NCBI RefSeq assembly: GCF_009914755.1
Contig: NC_060925.1
Source: the human T2T-CHM13v2.0 reference genome, Homo sapiens
DNA: 64,000 bases
Reading direction: 5' to 3' (one strand)
The notes below the pieces were generated by a model. That model had not been told where the DNA came from. It ran no database searches and worked only from the letters and a program-made list of their open reading frames with translations. How positions within the stretch are numbered: position 1 is the stretch's first letter; every line of letters starts with the position of its first letter. A program made the position numbers and the translations under genes. This document shows positions 1-13,200 of the stretch, one piece after another.

Positions 1-256
1 CACTCTCCTCTCCCTCGCTGGGAAAGACATATTTGAGAACTCTTCATAGTCTGACAGACAGGAGAACCACACTTATTTCAGGCAGGGTTGGAAGAGTAGG
101 GCGGAGGAGATGTAAATACTGCATCTGGGAAGTAATCTTTTCCCCCAGCACCTAGTAAACGATCAATACAAGTACAATAATGTCTATTGATAAATAACAT
201 TGTCCAACATTGGCTACTATCTGATACATACAGCATTTGCCACACACTTTCTAACA

Positions 257-480
257 GGCACTAGGCACTGCACTAATTGTTTCCCACGTATTTTCTTAAT
301 ACTTATATAATTCTACAGAGCTGTCCCATTGTTAGTCTTGTCCTACAGATAGGAGACGCAGGTTGTTGGAGGGTTGGTTCAGTTACTTGCCTAAGGCCTT
401 ACAGAAAGTTTAAGTGGTGCATGGAGATCTCAACTCAGATTAGTCTGAATTCAGAACCTGGGCTGTAAACCACTCGCTAT
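257..480. mobile_element. MIR SINE fossil (approximate bounds)
   Basis: Degenerate MIR core: cccatt..tacagataggagacgcagg..ttacttgcctaaggcc..tctgaattcagaacc..aaccact. Confidence 0.6.
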
Positions 481-1002
481 GTTATGAATGGATGGTGTCC
501 AAGCCCTGCCTGCATGTTATATAACACACTGGACCAAGTGCTGTGGCATTCCGAATGGGGCCGAAGCGGCTGCGGCTGCCGACATTGGCGATGGACTCCC
601 CGAGGCCCTTCGTCCCACTAACTGCACACAGGTGGTCCCCGGGGCCAGAGAGCCGCCGGCGCTCTCTCCCCGAAGACCACGCCTTCGCCTCCAGCCAGTT
701 TGCTTGGGGAATCAGAAAGGTGCCCAGGGCCCAGAAACCATTAAGTTTTTTCCGACTTCAAAAACACACACCGGAGGTAGGCGTGGGCGTTACCCGCCTC
801 ACTCCTGGGGGCAGGGAGAACCAACGCGAAAATCCCCAGAGAGGCGGAAGAAAAACCTGCCTGCGAGAGAATAGGATGGAGATGGGAAAAGCCTGGGGAA
901 GAGAGAGTTATGCGGCAGGAATAGCAGAAAAGCGTACTAAGCAAAAAGAAAGGTGTCCCACTAACTCCGAAGTTAAATGGGTGTCGACGCAGCCCCCTCT
1001 AT

Positions 1003-1014
1003 TGCGCTTGCGCA
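1003..1014. promoter_or_regulatory. NRF1-like site
   Basis: TGCGCTTGCGCA matches GCGCnTGCGC. Confidence 0.55.
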
Positions 1015-1090
1015 GTGCTGCCTCCCTGAGCACCCCGCCCCTTCCCGCCGCTGAGGATTTACTCGTCTCTTGGCAACCATTCACCCGAAG

Positions 1091-1100
1091 AGCCAATCAG
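1091..1100 (+). promoter_or_regulatory. CCAAT box (NF-Y)
   Basis: AGCCAATCAG, the full NF-Y consensus, ~170 bp upstream of the inferred TSS. Confidence 0.7.
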
Positions 1101-1204
1101 AGGGCAGCCCTCGCCCCGCCCCTGCCGTCAGGGCCGGGCGGAAGGGTCCCGAGGGGACTGGCTCCGCCACGCCCCGCCCCTGGCTCCCCCGGGAGGGCGG
1201 CTCA

Positions 1205-1213
1205 GGGGCGGGG
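1205..1213 (+). promoter_or_regulatory. GC box (Sp/KLF); one of several between 1033 and 1232
   Basis: GGGGCGGGG; additional CCCCGCCC and CCACGCCC copies upstream. Confidence 0.65.
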
Positions 1214-1233
1214 ACGGGGGCGTGGTCCCGCCG

Positions 1234-1240
1234 TATAAGA
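1234..1240 (+). promoter_or_regulatory. TATA-like box
   Basis: TATAAGA is the only AT-rich patch in the GC-rich promoter, ~30-34 bp upstream of an Inr-like TCACT (1266-1270). Confidence 0.65.
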
Positions 1241-1267
1241 ACGGAGGGGGCGGCGGCGGGACGGCTC

Positions 1268-1368
1268 ACTCGGTGCCGCTGCCTAGGGGCTGTAGAGGTC
1301 GCGCCGCTCCTGCTGGGGCCTGCCCACGCCAAGGACCTGCCTCTGTCGCCTCCTCTTCTATTGCCCAG
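1268..1368 (+). other. TENT5C: TENT5C exon 1 (5' UTR; start approximate)
   Basis: Follows TATA/Inr; ends at a perfect donor CAG|GTGAGT (1366-1374); contains no ATG. Confidence 0.8.
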
Positions 1369-2140
1369 GTGAGTCCGCGACCCCCCTCCTCTAAAGGTGC
1401 GGCGATGCGGCAGCAGCCCCAGTGAGCCGCGAGCTCACTTAGTGGGGGTCCGCCCCCACTAAGTGGTGCTCAGGTCTTTGCCCAGCCTGGTAGGGGGCAG
1501 GCGGACCCGAGGGGAGCTGCGGACAGGTGCCGAGACCCGGTGCTCCTTTCCCCTCCTGCTCCCTCGAGGACCCCCGCCCCTGACACACCCGTCCCAAAGG
1601 GCCAGAAGAGACGCTCCGAAAGGGAGCTACAACTTTCCAGAGACCTGGGGCTTGGCAAACTCCAGCGAGTTCCTGCTCCGCGCGTCCTGCAGGCTGCGCG
1701 CTGGCCAGGCGCGGGCAGGGCGTCTGAAGAGTGTGTGATCGGCGCCTCCGCTCCTACCTGGATCAGACGGCGCCCCCCGCCACCCATGCCTCCCTTCCTG
1801 GCTTGCAGTCCCTCGGGCTCGCCCCGGCGCTCCCGCGGGCGCGCACACCTTCGCCGGCCCGCCGAGTGTGAATTCGAATTCGGCGGTTTCACTAGGCGCA
1901 GCTGGAGACGCAGCGGTCCGGGGCTTGGATCTGGTTGGGGAGGGGAGGGGCGCTTCCTAGGCTCATTGCCAAGTCCTGAGTTTTAAGGAGAAGGGCGGAG
2001 ATCCTTAAATTTAATGCGCTCACATCAGACTGTGGACACCATGAGCAGCAAAGGGATCCAAGCCAGTGACTTGTGCGCTGCGCGTCTCTCAGAAACTTCT
2101 TGGGAATGCGGTGTCTGTGAAACCTGCTTCCTCTCCTTTT

Positions 2141-2152
2141 GAAAATGAAACT
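2141..2152. promoter_or_regulatory. Consensus ISRE / IRF site
   Basis: GAAAATGAAACT matches GAAAnnGAAACT, inside the CpG island. Confidence 0.5.
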
Positions 2153-5100
2153 TGCTTTACTGCGTAGGTGAAAAGCCACGGCAAGTGGGTCGACTCGGAC
2201 GGATACCGGTGCGGCTGCCCCGGGAGGTGTCGCAGTTCGGGGACTCCCTTCGCACTGGTCGCGAGGCAGGAGGGAGCAGGGTGGGAGGCGAGTCAGAGGA
2301 GGGTGACTTACCTGAAGAATACAGGTTGGTAGCCTGCACACCTGAACTCAACGCTGGCGGGCGAGAAAACCAAGCAGCGCTACCTCCAAGTAAGGGCGCT
2401 CCCCTGGAGAAATGAATGCCTGGCGAGCTTCTGGAGAACCCACTATTAGGGCTGGACCCTGCGGGAGGGATAGTGTCAGCTCCCTTCCCCTTCGCCCTTT
2501 TTTGTCCATAGGTAGGCTTTTGTAGGGCTCTAACCAGTTCCCTGGCTTAATTAAGTAGGGGCCTGCTTCCTTTTTAACATTTTTGCTTTCTTACGGAGAT
2601 ATAAAGTGCATACAAATGAAGTGCTTAAAATGCACTTATAGTAAGAAAGCTTTTATAAATACTATGTGCATAATTATTTGTATTGTGACAACTTGGTCTT
2701 CAGGTTACTTTGTAGGTGGGTTAGGAGACTGAACCAGCCCAGGAAATAAAGTTAGGGTGATTAGATCCTCCCAAAGTACACTTCTGGCTGGCTCAGCTGC
2801 CCTCTGCGTGCAGGAAAGAGGGTGACCGTTGTTGGCGACAGCAACCTTTCAACGTGAGTAAATTGGCAAGGAAATGAGCCCAGGAAGTAAGTTGGGCAGC
2901 CGCAAGAGTGGTAGGAGAGCTTACCCAGAATTTTACTGTCTTAAATCCCCAAGGGTATTATTGAGGGTGTGAGACCAGCCACGTTAGGCCCTGCAGTGGA
3001 AAAGGGGGAGGGGGATGGGGAGTAAAGAATGCTGACTTTTCTCTGGGCTTTTAGGGAAACCTCTGAGCTGGGCTGCAGGGGTTCTGTCCTTTGACATTCT
3101 TGTTTGTGAAGATGGAAAATGATCTCTGGAGTCAAGCTTAGTTTATTTCAGATAATGAACTTTTTCTCTTAAGGTATACCCATAGCTTTAGAGTACATAT
3201 ATTCTCAATAAAGAGTTTTTAGGAAGATTTTGGTATATTGTATATAATTGTTCAGGTAGCTATGCGGGGGTAGGGGGCTCCCATAACAAAGTTTAAAAAA
3301 AAAAAAAAACTCTGCCAGGAGGCCTCTAAATTGTTACCAAAACAAAGATCCCTAATTTCATAAGCAGCTTCAGTGAGCACATAGAATTAACAGCCATATT
3401 TCTTACGCTGTTTTTTCCACAATACCTACCTTGTATCCAGGGATTAAATTCATGTAATTCTGAAGGAAAGGATTTGGCTCTTAGCCTGCTTGTCAGAGTG
3501 AGCATGACTTAGTTGTGCACCTGTGGCTATCTCTACCTGGTTTCTTCTCTTGTACCGTGAGCACAAGTAGCCACTGAAATCTCCCGAGTTCCAGAGGCCC
3601 GTCCCCCCTCAGCTGTATCTCCCCATAGTGCACACATTCAGCCCACATTCCCCCGTGTTCAAGGCCAGGGCAGATCATGCACATCTTGCGCTGCCGGTCA
3701 GAGAACAGAATTCCTCATATTTCTGAAAGTCCAAGGAACAGTGCAGCAGTAAAAATAACTTAAAAGTGGGCTGTAGTGCTCTTGTTTTCACAGTACCATT
3801 AACCAGACACATTTGATAGAAAATTTAAAAACTTCATTTAAAAAACTTTTTTTGTTGTTTTTACTGCTCAAGTACATAGGACCTTGTCTTCATCTTTTGT
3901 CTCTGATCAATGTTGTGTTCATGGAGTTACCTACTAAAGAAATGGAAACCCAAAGGCTCTCAGTGGATGAGTTGAACCTTTTTTTTTTTTTTTTGCATTA
4001 CTGAGAGAAGTCGTGGAAGCCCAAAACTAGTTTCATGAGTTAAGCTAAACTTATGTTTTGGGGTTTCTTGGTTTCACACCTGTCTCTGGGTGTATCTGCT
4101 ATTTTGTGTGCATGTGTGTGTGTTTAGGAGTTAAGGAGTAATGTGGAATGTGAGGTTACTTGGAATAAAACATTACTTGGGTTAGATAAGGTCTGTTGCT
4201 TTTTGTGTTGTCATTGAGGTAAACAAGGCACTGTAGGAAAATGCTTCCTGCCATCTTGGTGTTTTGACTATAGTACATTAAAATGGCATAAATTGTATTA
4301 CAATGAAGCAGACACCTCTGTGTTTAAAGAAATGTTCATGTGTTTAAAGCTGCTTGGGTACATTAGTACTGCTGATTTCTTGTGATGTTTTCAGGCCATA
4401 AGATCTCTCAAAACGTTTTTACGCTTTCATTGCAGGCCGCATAAAGAGGCTTGCATTTGGAATTCAAATAGTTTAGAGGAAGCATCTTTATATAGTTCAA
4501 CTAGGTAAGGAAGCCTTAAGAATTGTTCAGAATTAATAGATTTTGTACAGCTGGCCCCCACAGTCTGTTCTAGAACTGTTTGAAAACTTCTTGGAACAAC
4601 AGAAAAAAAATATGAAAAAATAATTGCTGATGTTAAGCAACTCTCTCCCTGTAGGATGTTTTTTAGTGTCGGAGCTTGAGACTAAAGTCTTGGAGTCTTG
4701 GTCACAAAACTGCATGGAGTGTTGTTTATTTCTTGGAGAACCGTGATTGAGTCAGTAAGTAGTTAAGTGCTTCCTAGGCAGTAGCTAGTGCCAGGTGCTG
4801 AGGACGCCAAGGCAGTGGTGTTTGGAAATGCCTTTGGAAGAGCTCTGGATGCGAGAGGAGCTGGGCTGGCTTTATCATGCAGTCGAGGCACTCCGATTTC
4901 TCTCATTAGTCTCAGCCACTGGCATATGAGCGCCGGAAAGCGGAATCTGTGCTCACTGCTGACTCCCCAGTGCCTGCTTATAGAGCTGGCCTGGCACACA
5001 GAAGGTGTTCTGTCATTTGGATACATGTTCGGTTGGCGGCTTGCAAAGAGGGAGGCGTACTTGAAGTGGGAGTTCTCTTGGTGGACCGAGGCAGGCAGGC

Positions 5101-5737
5101 CAATGGCTGAGTCCTCTTTTAAGTAGAGGCCACAGGGGTATAGGTTTGGAGCTGAGGGGCAGTGACTAGCTAATTGACCAACAGCTGAAACTCCTCAAGC
5201 TGAGCTCCAGACCCACTCCCTTAAGCACTTGCCATCCTTCCCACCCTCCCTGACACCAGCCTCACATGGCTCACTCAGCCTTTTCTCTCTCTCTGTTCAC
5301 TCAGTTGCTAGTTCTGCTGATTCTTTCTCTTTTTTATTGTTTCCCACTGTCATCACTGACCTGGTTTAGGGGCCCGTAGACAGGAACTTGATGAGGGCAG
5401 TAAGTGAGTCCGCCTCCCCTGCCTCTGGCTAGTTCTACAGTCTGTGCATTTGGAACTCCATCCAAGCGCACAGGGACTGCCTGCACCTCTGGAAGCTGAA
5501 CCTCCTCTTCAAGACCGTGCCTTTCTGACTCTTTACTCTTGACCCACCCTCCACCCCCCATGGCAGAGTCTCCCTAACTGCCCTTCTTTGCCTCACAGAA
5601 CAGATACTCATATCTGCACAAAGGAATGATACTCCTTTCTCACCAAACTTTGAATCCAGCTTCAGGCCCTTCCCACAGGCTTCTGACTGACATTATTCCA
5701 TCTGGGGACCCGCTCTTTTCACACCTCGATTCATTAA

Positions 5738-6041
<304 letters not shown>

Positions 6042-6694
6042 AATACTTTCTTACAGTTCTTCCTTCTACCTTCTTTTCTAGTTCTTAAATTTTTATCTTT
6101 GATTGAATAAGCACAAAGTCCCATACTGTTACCATACTTAGCCTCCTATAAAAACATTTTGAGAAGAAAATTATCCATGAAACTGCAACTGCCCACACCC
6201 TCTTCCGTTGCCGTAAGCATCTCTCAACTTGTTTAGCCCTTATGAAGATAGAAGAGGTAACCCTCCACCTTTCCTGGCTGCTTGCCCCTGATCCCCAAAC
6301 ACACTCTGTCCATCGTTGCCCTCTGCTCGTCGTAGTTAGAGATGGGCATTAGGATCTCCACAGCTAGCCAGTGCTATATGGACTTGGGCAGTTTCAATCG
6401 TCATTCCTGTGGAATAACTGCAGCACAGCAGTAGCAGAAAGAGGACTGATCCAGAAGCAGAGATGACGCGTACACTCATCAAGTGCCTGATATGTGTCTA
6501 GAGGCTTGCTCACAGCTGCTCAGCTAGAGCTAGCACCGCTGCTATCTCCTGTGCCCAGGCTGTTTGTCAGCTTTTTACCTCCTCTGCTTCTGAGGCTGAC
6601 TTTAGCTGTGGGGAGACCTGGGCTCTGGTCCTGGCAGAGCCTTTACCTCTTCAGCCTTCAGCTTCTTCATTATAATAAGGACAATAAATTAGAT

Positions 6695-7247
6695 CAGTGC
6701 TTTCCAGTAAAAATATGAGAGACACGATTAACTTCCTAGTAGTCCCATTAAAGAGTAGAAGTAGGTGAAATTTGGCCAGGGGCAGTGACTCACAGCTGTA
6801 ACCTCAGGACTTTGGGAGGCTGAGGCAGGAGGATCCCTTGAGTCCAGGAGTTCCAGACCAGCCTGTATGACACAGCAAGACCCCATCTATATAAAAACAA
6901 TTTTTTAAAAAATTAGCTGGGTGTGGTGGCACGTGCCTGTGGTACCAGCTACTCAGGAGGCTGAGGCAGGAGAATTGCTTGAGCCCAGGAAGTCAAGGCT
7001 GCAGTGAGCTGCCATCGAACCACGGCACTGCAGCCTTGGCAATAGGGTGAGACCCTGTATCAAAAAAAAGTGAAATTCATTTTAATAAGTGTATTTAATC
7101 TACCATATCAAATTTCATCATTTCAGTATGTAATCAATATAAAAAATCTAAATGAGATAGTTTACATTCCTTTTATCATACTGAGACCTTGATATCCAGT
7201 ATGTGTTTTAGCATTTACAGCGGTACCTACTGTATTGGGCAGCACAA
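6695..7247. mobile_element. MER33-like hAT DNA transposon fossil interrupted by an Alu
   Basis: cagtgctttccagtaaaaatat...gtgaaatt[Alu]...tgtaatcaatataaaaaat..aatgagat...gtattgggcagcac resembles the MER33 consensus. Confidence 0.65.
6774..7069 (+). mobile_element. Alu (AluJ-like), full length
   Basis: J-type diagnostics (tgagcccagg, aggctgcagtgagc, gaccctgt); GTGAAATT duplicated on both sides. Confidence 0.93.
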
Positions 7248-10200
7248 GTCTAGACCATCAGCAAAAATGTTTCACTCTCAAGTTCTGATTCTGCATGTGT
7301 GGGAGGCAAGATTTAACAACCCAAAGTTATGGAAGGAGAGTAGGAAGCAGGATATCAGCTCCACAGGGCCAGGGATCTTTGTCTCTTTCTTCCCAGTGCA
7401 TCACAAGCTCCTGGAGCAGTGCTTGAAACATAGTAGGCATGCACATTTTTGAAAGAGTGAAAGGAAAGTCAGTTATGGCCAACTTACTGACAGTCATTCA
7501 CACTGTGCGTCAGACTTGACACTAAAACACATGGTGTTGGATTCCTAGCCCAGTGCTCATTCTTTTTTTTTTTTTTTTATAGTTTCTTAGAGAATAATCA
7601 TAAGGCAATAGAATTTCAAGGAACTGCTGATAAAATCTTCTGAGACTGGCAGGGGACCAGGACTCAGTTTATCAACAATTAAGTTTTATCAACAATTAAA
7701 ATTTGAGTGAAATTGCAAGAGGAAGTAACATTCAAGTCAAGTCAAAGTGTTTGAGCTGTCTGGTGACAGCACATTAATTACTTGATGAACGCTAAACATG
7801 AGCTGCTGCTATGCGCAGTACCTGGAGGCCCGGAACCTGCAACTTGAATGCCAACTCCTAAGGGAAGGATCCATGCAAAACAAAAACCTGGATGGAACTA
7901 TGCACGTAATTAGCATCTGCTCTGAAATGGAGGTCAGCTCACACTTAGACACTTGTGAATGGGGTGTGTTTATGGTCTAACGTATGATAAGGGTGGCATT
8001 TGAGGAACTAAGAGTTGCTTGTCCCTTTCCTGATAAGGCCTGGGCAGGGAAGCTGCTAGTGATTAGACAGGACTTTTAGCTGACTGAGGTCTTCCTTTTG
8101 GACAACTGTTTAAAGCTGTAGGCTGGAGAGTTAGATGGTAAAGTAGCCTGTGGAAGCAGCCTTTGATGAAACCCGGAGGCTGTCAGCTCTTAAACCCTGT
8201 GGATTACGTGTAAGCTGAGTCATTCTTACAGTAAGCAGTCTCCTCCTTAGGAATCATCTCATTTTTCTCAGTCTGGGCAATCTCTAAAACAGAAAGGCAG
8301 GCTCTCTTTGGGGAGCTCTTTAAATGAATTCAGACCAGTAACACCTCTGATCTAGAAAGAAGCAGTTGATGGTGGGAAGGTGGTTACCAAGTAGCAACAA
8401 GGATTATTTCCATTTCAAGTTGTGTGTGTAGCACTTAATGCTGACACCTTGGAAAAAAATCAAGGCTTTTATGCCCTGCTTCCATCTGAAGATGTCTGTG
8501 TCCTGACCTTGTTAATATTTCCATTTGCAACCACGTCAGAGTATACCTTTCAACACTTGAACTTGTGTGGCATCCCTGCTGTAATATCTAGGCCAGTGTT
8601 TTGATTCTGTTTGCTGTTTTGCGGCCACAGCATTAGTTCTTCCAGCGTTATCTCTCCACCCACACTTGCCCAAGCATCCTATTTTCAAAGGTGGGAAAGA
8701 GCTTTCTGTTTGGAGTTGTCGTTGGTGGGTGTCTATGGATGGAGCCCAGTGATAACCATTCAGACTGTGTGTTGGCTTCTCACTTCTTAGTGGGAAGTGA
8801 GAATTCATGGAGGCCCCTTAAACAGCGGAGATCACAGCCTGGTTCTGTGGCCTGCCTGGGTTTCAGTCCAGGGCTGCTTTCCACAGCTCATGTGGGAATC
8901 TAACCACATTTTTTGACTCTAGTAAACATCATTGGTAAATGGCTGGAGGATGATAATAACCTTAAGAAAATAGAATGAGACGCTGGCTGAATGCAATGGA
9001 GCTGAGAGTGAGAAAAGACCAACTGTGGGGTTTGTTGCGTCACTGACTTAGAAATGTTTTCTCTGGGCACAGCTTTGTGGCCTGGGGCAGTTACTTCTTT
9101 GAACTCAGGTAGAATGTGTTGCGGGCATTTAAGTGGGCAACTGTAAAAATAACATCTTGGAAAAATAGTGAGCATAGGATATATTTTATTGGCCTTTTAA
9201 AAAGTAAAGCATTATTTTATCTGTTTTTATTGCTTCAGGCCATTCATAATCTAAGCTGCTATTCCATGTACATGAAACACTCGAGTGTCTGTTATCTGTA
9301 ACTTTCATGTGTTTGGGGCTGTGGAGGAGTCTCCAGAATGTGGCCCCCTCCCTATGTGGGGGGTCTGGCCCTAGGGAGGAGCTGGCAGACAAAAGCCTTC
9401 CTTAGACTGCCTCCAAACCCTTCCTAGATAACTTCTGGCCTTCATCCCCCAAGGAATTCAAGGAGTAAGAGAGGAGGATTTTTTTCAGAAGGCCATATCC
9501 ATGTTGACCCTGGTTTTTCTCGTTTCTGCCCGGTTATCTGCTGCTGCACATGCCAAGCAAAATGACCAAGGTCCATGGTCATTCGAAGCGCCTGGCTCTT
9601 TTCTTATGGGTGAAAGAATCTCAAGGGTCAAACTACATGCAGGTGGGGGAAGTGACGGTGTCCAGTCTCAGGTTCAGCATTCATGAGGTCCTGTGTACGT
9701 TCCAGACTTTCTGCTTTCAGTTTTGTTCCAGCTCTCCTTCCTGGGCTGGCCCTTTAAGTCCTGGTCACTGCCTGCAAATTTATCAGCCATTTCTCTGTAG
9801 CTCCAGTTGGGTTATTGGCTTCTTTGATCTGAGAAGGTTGCCGTCTCGACTGTAGCTAGTGTCCTGTTCTGTTGCTTCATCAGCCTATCAACACTCTGAT
9901 CTCCCAGCCATCAGAGGAGTCTCAGTAATTGTTCCTTTATTCCATGAGCAAAGCAGCATGCCTTAGTTTTCTGGATCAGGATCAGCCCATTCCTGATAAT
10001 CTCCCTCCTGTGCCATTAATTTTTCCTCTTATTACTAGTTCAGCAAGGCGACTGTGCAGCACCTTCCACTCTTGGGTTCTCTCTCTCTTCTGGACTTGGT
10101 TTCTCTAAAATCACCACTGTTCTGCAACGTAGCAAGCATCTTGGAGCTCCCTGGGAAGTTAGGATCCTAGGCCTTCATCTCCCAGCCATTGTTCCTTTAA

Positions 10201-13200
10201 AACAAACAGTAGCATAACGATTAGCATTTCTACACTTAATCACATTCAGTTCTGGTGGCTCCAGCCTGCAGTTTCTATGCTGACAGTTGTTAGATACTTC
10301 AGTTCTAAATGCTTCTCCCTTGCTTTCAGAATTTGCCATCTGGCCTTACCTCACTCAGGTGGCCTTAGCGGTCTAGCCAAACTTCTTTCCTACCATCTTA
10401 TTTTTTAAAAATCTTTATACCTTCCTTCCTTTTCTTTCTACTTACTGTCATCTCCTTCCTCTGACCATCTAAGCACAACCAGCTCTTCTTCAAGCTCCCT
10501 GCCCCACCAAAGCTATCCACCTTTTAGGAAGACTCTTAAATTCCATTTCTGCTACTCACCAGCAGTGCATCCTTGGACAGTTTACAATTTGCACATCCTC
10601 TTTGTTCTCCAGTTTTCCCATCTGTAAGTGGGGGAGTAGGAGGAATGGTATCTCTTTTATGGGTTGTTATAGGAATCAAATGATTGATCCAGGTAGAGCC
10701 CTGAAAGCACTGTTTTACTGCCTATTTGTGATGTTGTAAAAGAGTTGGTGGCTCATTAGGGTACCTGGCTAAACATCTAGTCACATGTGGTGTCCCCTGG
10801 CCATGGCTGTGGCTGCCGCCATGTGAAGAGCCCTTGGAGGGCTCTGCATGTATTAGCACCTGCCAGAGAAAAGGATGTGGGCAGAAGCAGACGTTTATGT
10901 TATGAAACGATGTGCTCCCCCGCTGATAAGTGGGATTTCCCACACACTATGGCAATATATTGTCTTCCTTGGTGTCTCTGTGGCAGGGGGCACCTCTAAG
11001 CCACCTGGCATCTTTTGCTTAACTGGAATCTGCACAAAAGCAGAGAGTAAAGGCTGATTCCAGCTTTTTGCTATCTTTGGTGTGTATGGTGGGGACGGGG
11101 CAATGGAAAGACTAGGTCTCACGGTTACATAGTGAACAGAAGGTTGCTGTGTCCTTTTTTGTTAGGACCAATAACGTCTGTTTTAGAAAAGATCACTTTA
11201 ATGGCTATGAGAACTGGTGATCCCAGTGCACATGTGGGTTGTGACATGTGCTTGTCACTCCGTGTCCACCTCCCATCCACCATGGCAGACCTTGAGCTTG
11301 GTGGAAGGGAGTCAGCAGTTCCCAGACACTAGTCTCGCAGTTGAGGACCTGGGGTCAATTCGCTTAATCTTTTCTGAACCTTATTACTTAATTTGTGAAA
11401 AAGGGATAGTTGTAGATTCCTTAGAGTTCCTATGAGGATTAGATGGGAATTGAAGTGAAGTGGCTCATACTAAGTACTATTTCATTTGCTTTGACACACA
11501 CCTCTACACCCTTCATTTCACAAGCAAAGAAGAGATGGACTTGGAGTCGTGGTTGTCATTCACTCTTGTTAAGGGAAGAAGTGGGATAGGATAGTATGAA
11601 GTGTATTGCCACCACTTTTATTTCTGCTTATGTTCTCTAGGTTTTCATATGTAATGGAATGGTCTCTTTTTGTCTAAAGTGTCCTCTTGTACACGGGGGA
11701 GGAGTTTGTGTGGAAGATGTGTGGGAAGAGCCACAGGTGCACGGGTCCCCTGTTGGCCAGGAGCCAGGGCCCACAGGTGTCTTTGTTCCAGGTACACACT
11801 TCTCTTGGAGTCTGTCACCAGGCTTGGCGCATTGCCCAAGATTCCAGCTCTTACCTTGGGTTAGAAAGTTTTACTGGGAAGAACCACACATTTGAGGTAA
11901 CATCCAGAAATAGTGAAAGAGAATTTGTCCCCAAAGGAAGGCTGAAATGTGTTTGATTTTCTTTTGTATTCATAAACCCTCAGGAGGGTCAGAAGAAGGT
12001 AACACTTAGTTGCCTCTGGACTGCTGAAAGCCCTCAATAGCTGAGAGCCTCAGTTCAAGCCTCAGCATTTTCCTGAAATTTTCTAGACAATCACTTCCAT
12101 AGCTTTCATGTTAAAGGTCACAGACCTAGACTTAGATATATGCAGTCCTTAACTTGATAGATGTATGTCTCCACACATACTAAGAACCTTGTGGACGGTT
12201 TCTGTGTCTAATGCCAGGCACAAAATAAGAATTAATGTTGCTTTGACCGAATTGACTGTGTGCAAATGTTATAAATGCTCACAGTTACCTCCCCTCCAGC
12301 TCATGCACCTGCCTCTCCCGCTCGCCCACCTTGGGTTCCTCACACTTTCATCGTGTTTCTGGAGTTCACTGGCTAGTCCAGAGATCTAGATAAGCTATGA
12401 AGCAGGACTAGAAATAGCTTTTTTTTTTTTCTTTTCAGTGCTCAAACATAGGTTTTCAGACCAATCTGCGTTGAGCAGCTCTGTCCTGGGCAGTGGGAAA
12501 TGATTAGATCAGACATCAAACTTTTTCTCAGGGACCTTGGTTTAACCTTCTGGCCTAGTTTGTTTTTTCCTTTCTTTTGCTGCTATCTCTGCAAACCTCT
12601 TTTTTTTTTTTTCCCTTCAGTGTGTGTATTCTACCTTTACTGCAGTCAGATAATAGAAGAAAAGGGAGTACGAAAGTACCTGAGATAGTTGGTCATCTTG
12701 AATTGTCAAAAACAAACCCTGAATTCTCAAATCTGCAGGAACAAATTATGGTTTCCACCTTTCCCCATTTCTACTGTATAAATATAATGAATCTGTTTCT
12801 CAAACAGTAAAAGGGAAATGAAACACTTTAATTTGAATTTACTAGGCTTCAAATTAATTTGTTCTCTATTTTGTTAATTCTGCTAACTAGAATTTGCCTT
12901 TAACCAGGGCCTTTCATGAATTGGGAATGTGTGTTCCACGTGATTCTTTTATATGGGGATTATATCAGTGTTGATTTAACGTGGTTAATTAAAACTAAAA
13001 ACTGTTGGACTAAGCACTGATGTGTTACCTAAACACTGAGGGCCTATGACTTGGATGTATTCTAGTAATACCAATGTTTGTCTAAGTAACTTTAAAATGT
13101 ACTTTTGGTATTTGAAATTGTTTGGACGAGTGAGGGACAATGAAGAATCCCTTTCTAATAGGCACAAGTGACTTATTTTATGCTCTTCCAATGAGCTAAG

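Larger units (their letters stand above)
560..2470. promoter_or_regulatory. CpG island covering the TENT5C promoter, exon 1 and proximal intron 1
   Basis: High GC content and dense CpG, in contrast to the CpG-depleted flanks; contains core promoter motifs and a consensus splice donor. Bounds are approximate. Confidence 0.9.

Noticed and set aside
488-2415. Long overlapping ORFs (e.g. 543..1238, 231 aa; 1540..1986; 1892..2341)
   Set aside because: Pro/Arg/Gly-rich by-products of a GC-rich CpG island, mostly with non-ATG starts and no recognisable domain. A divergent lncRNA is plausible, but its exons cannot be supported from sequence alone.
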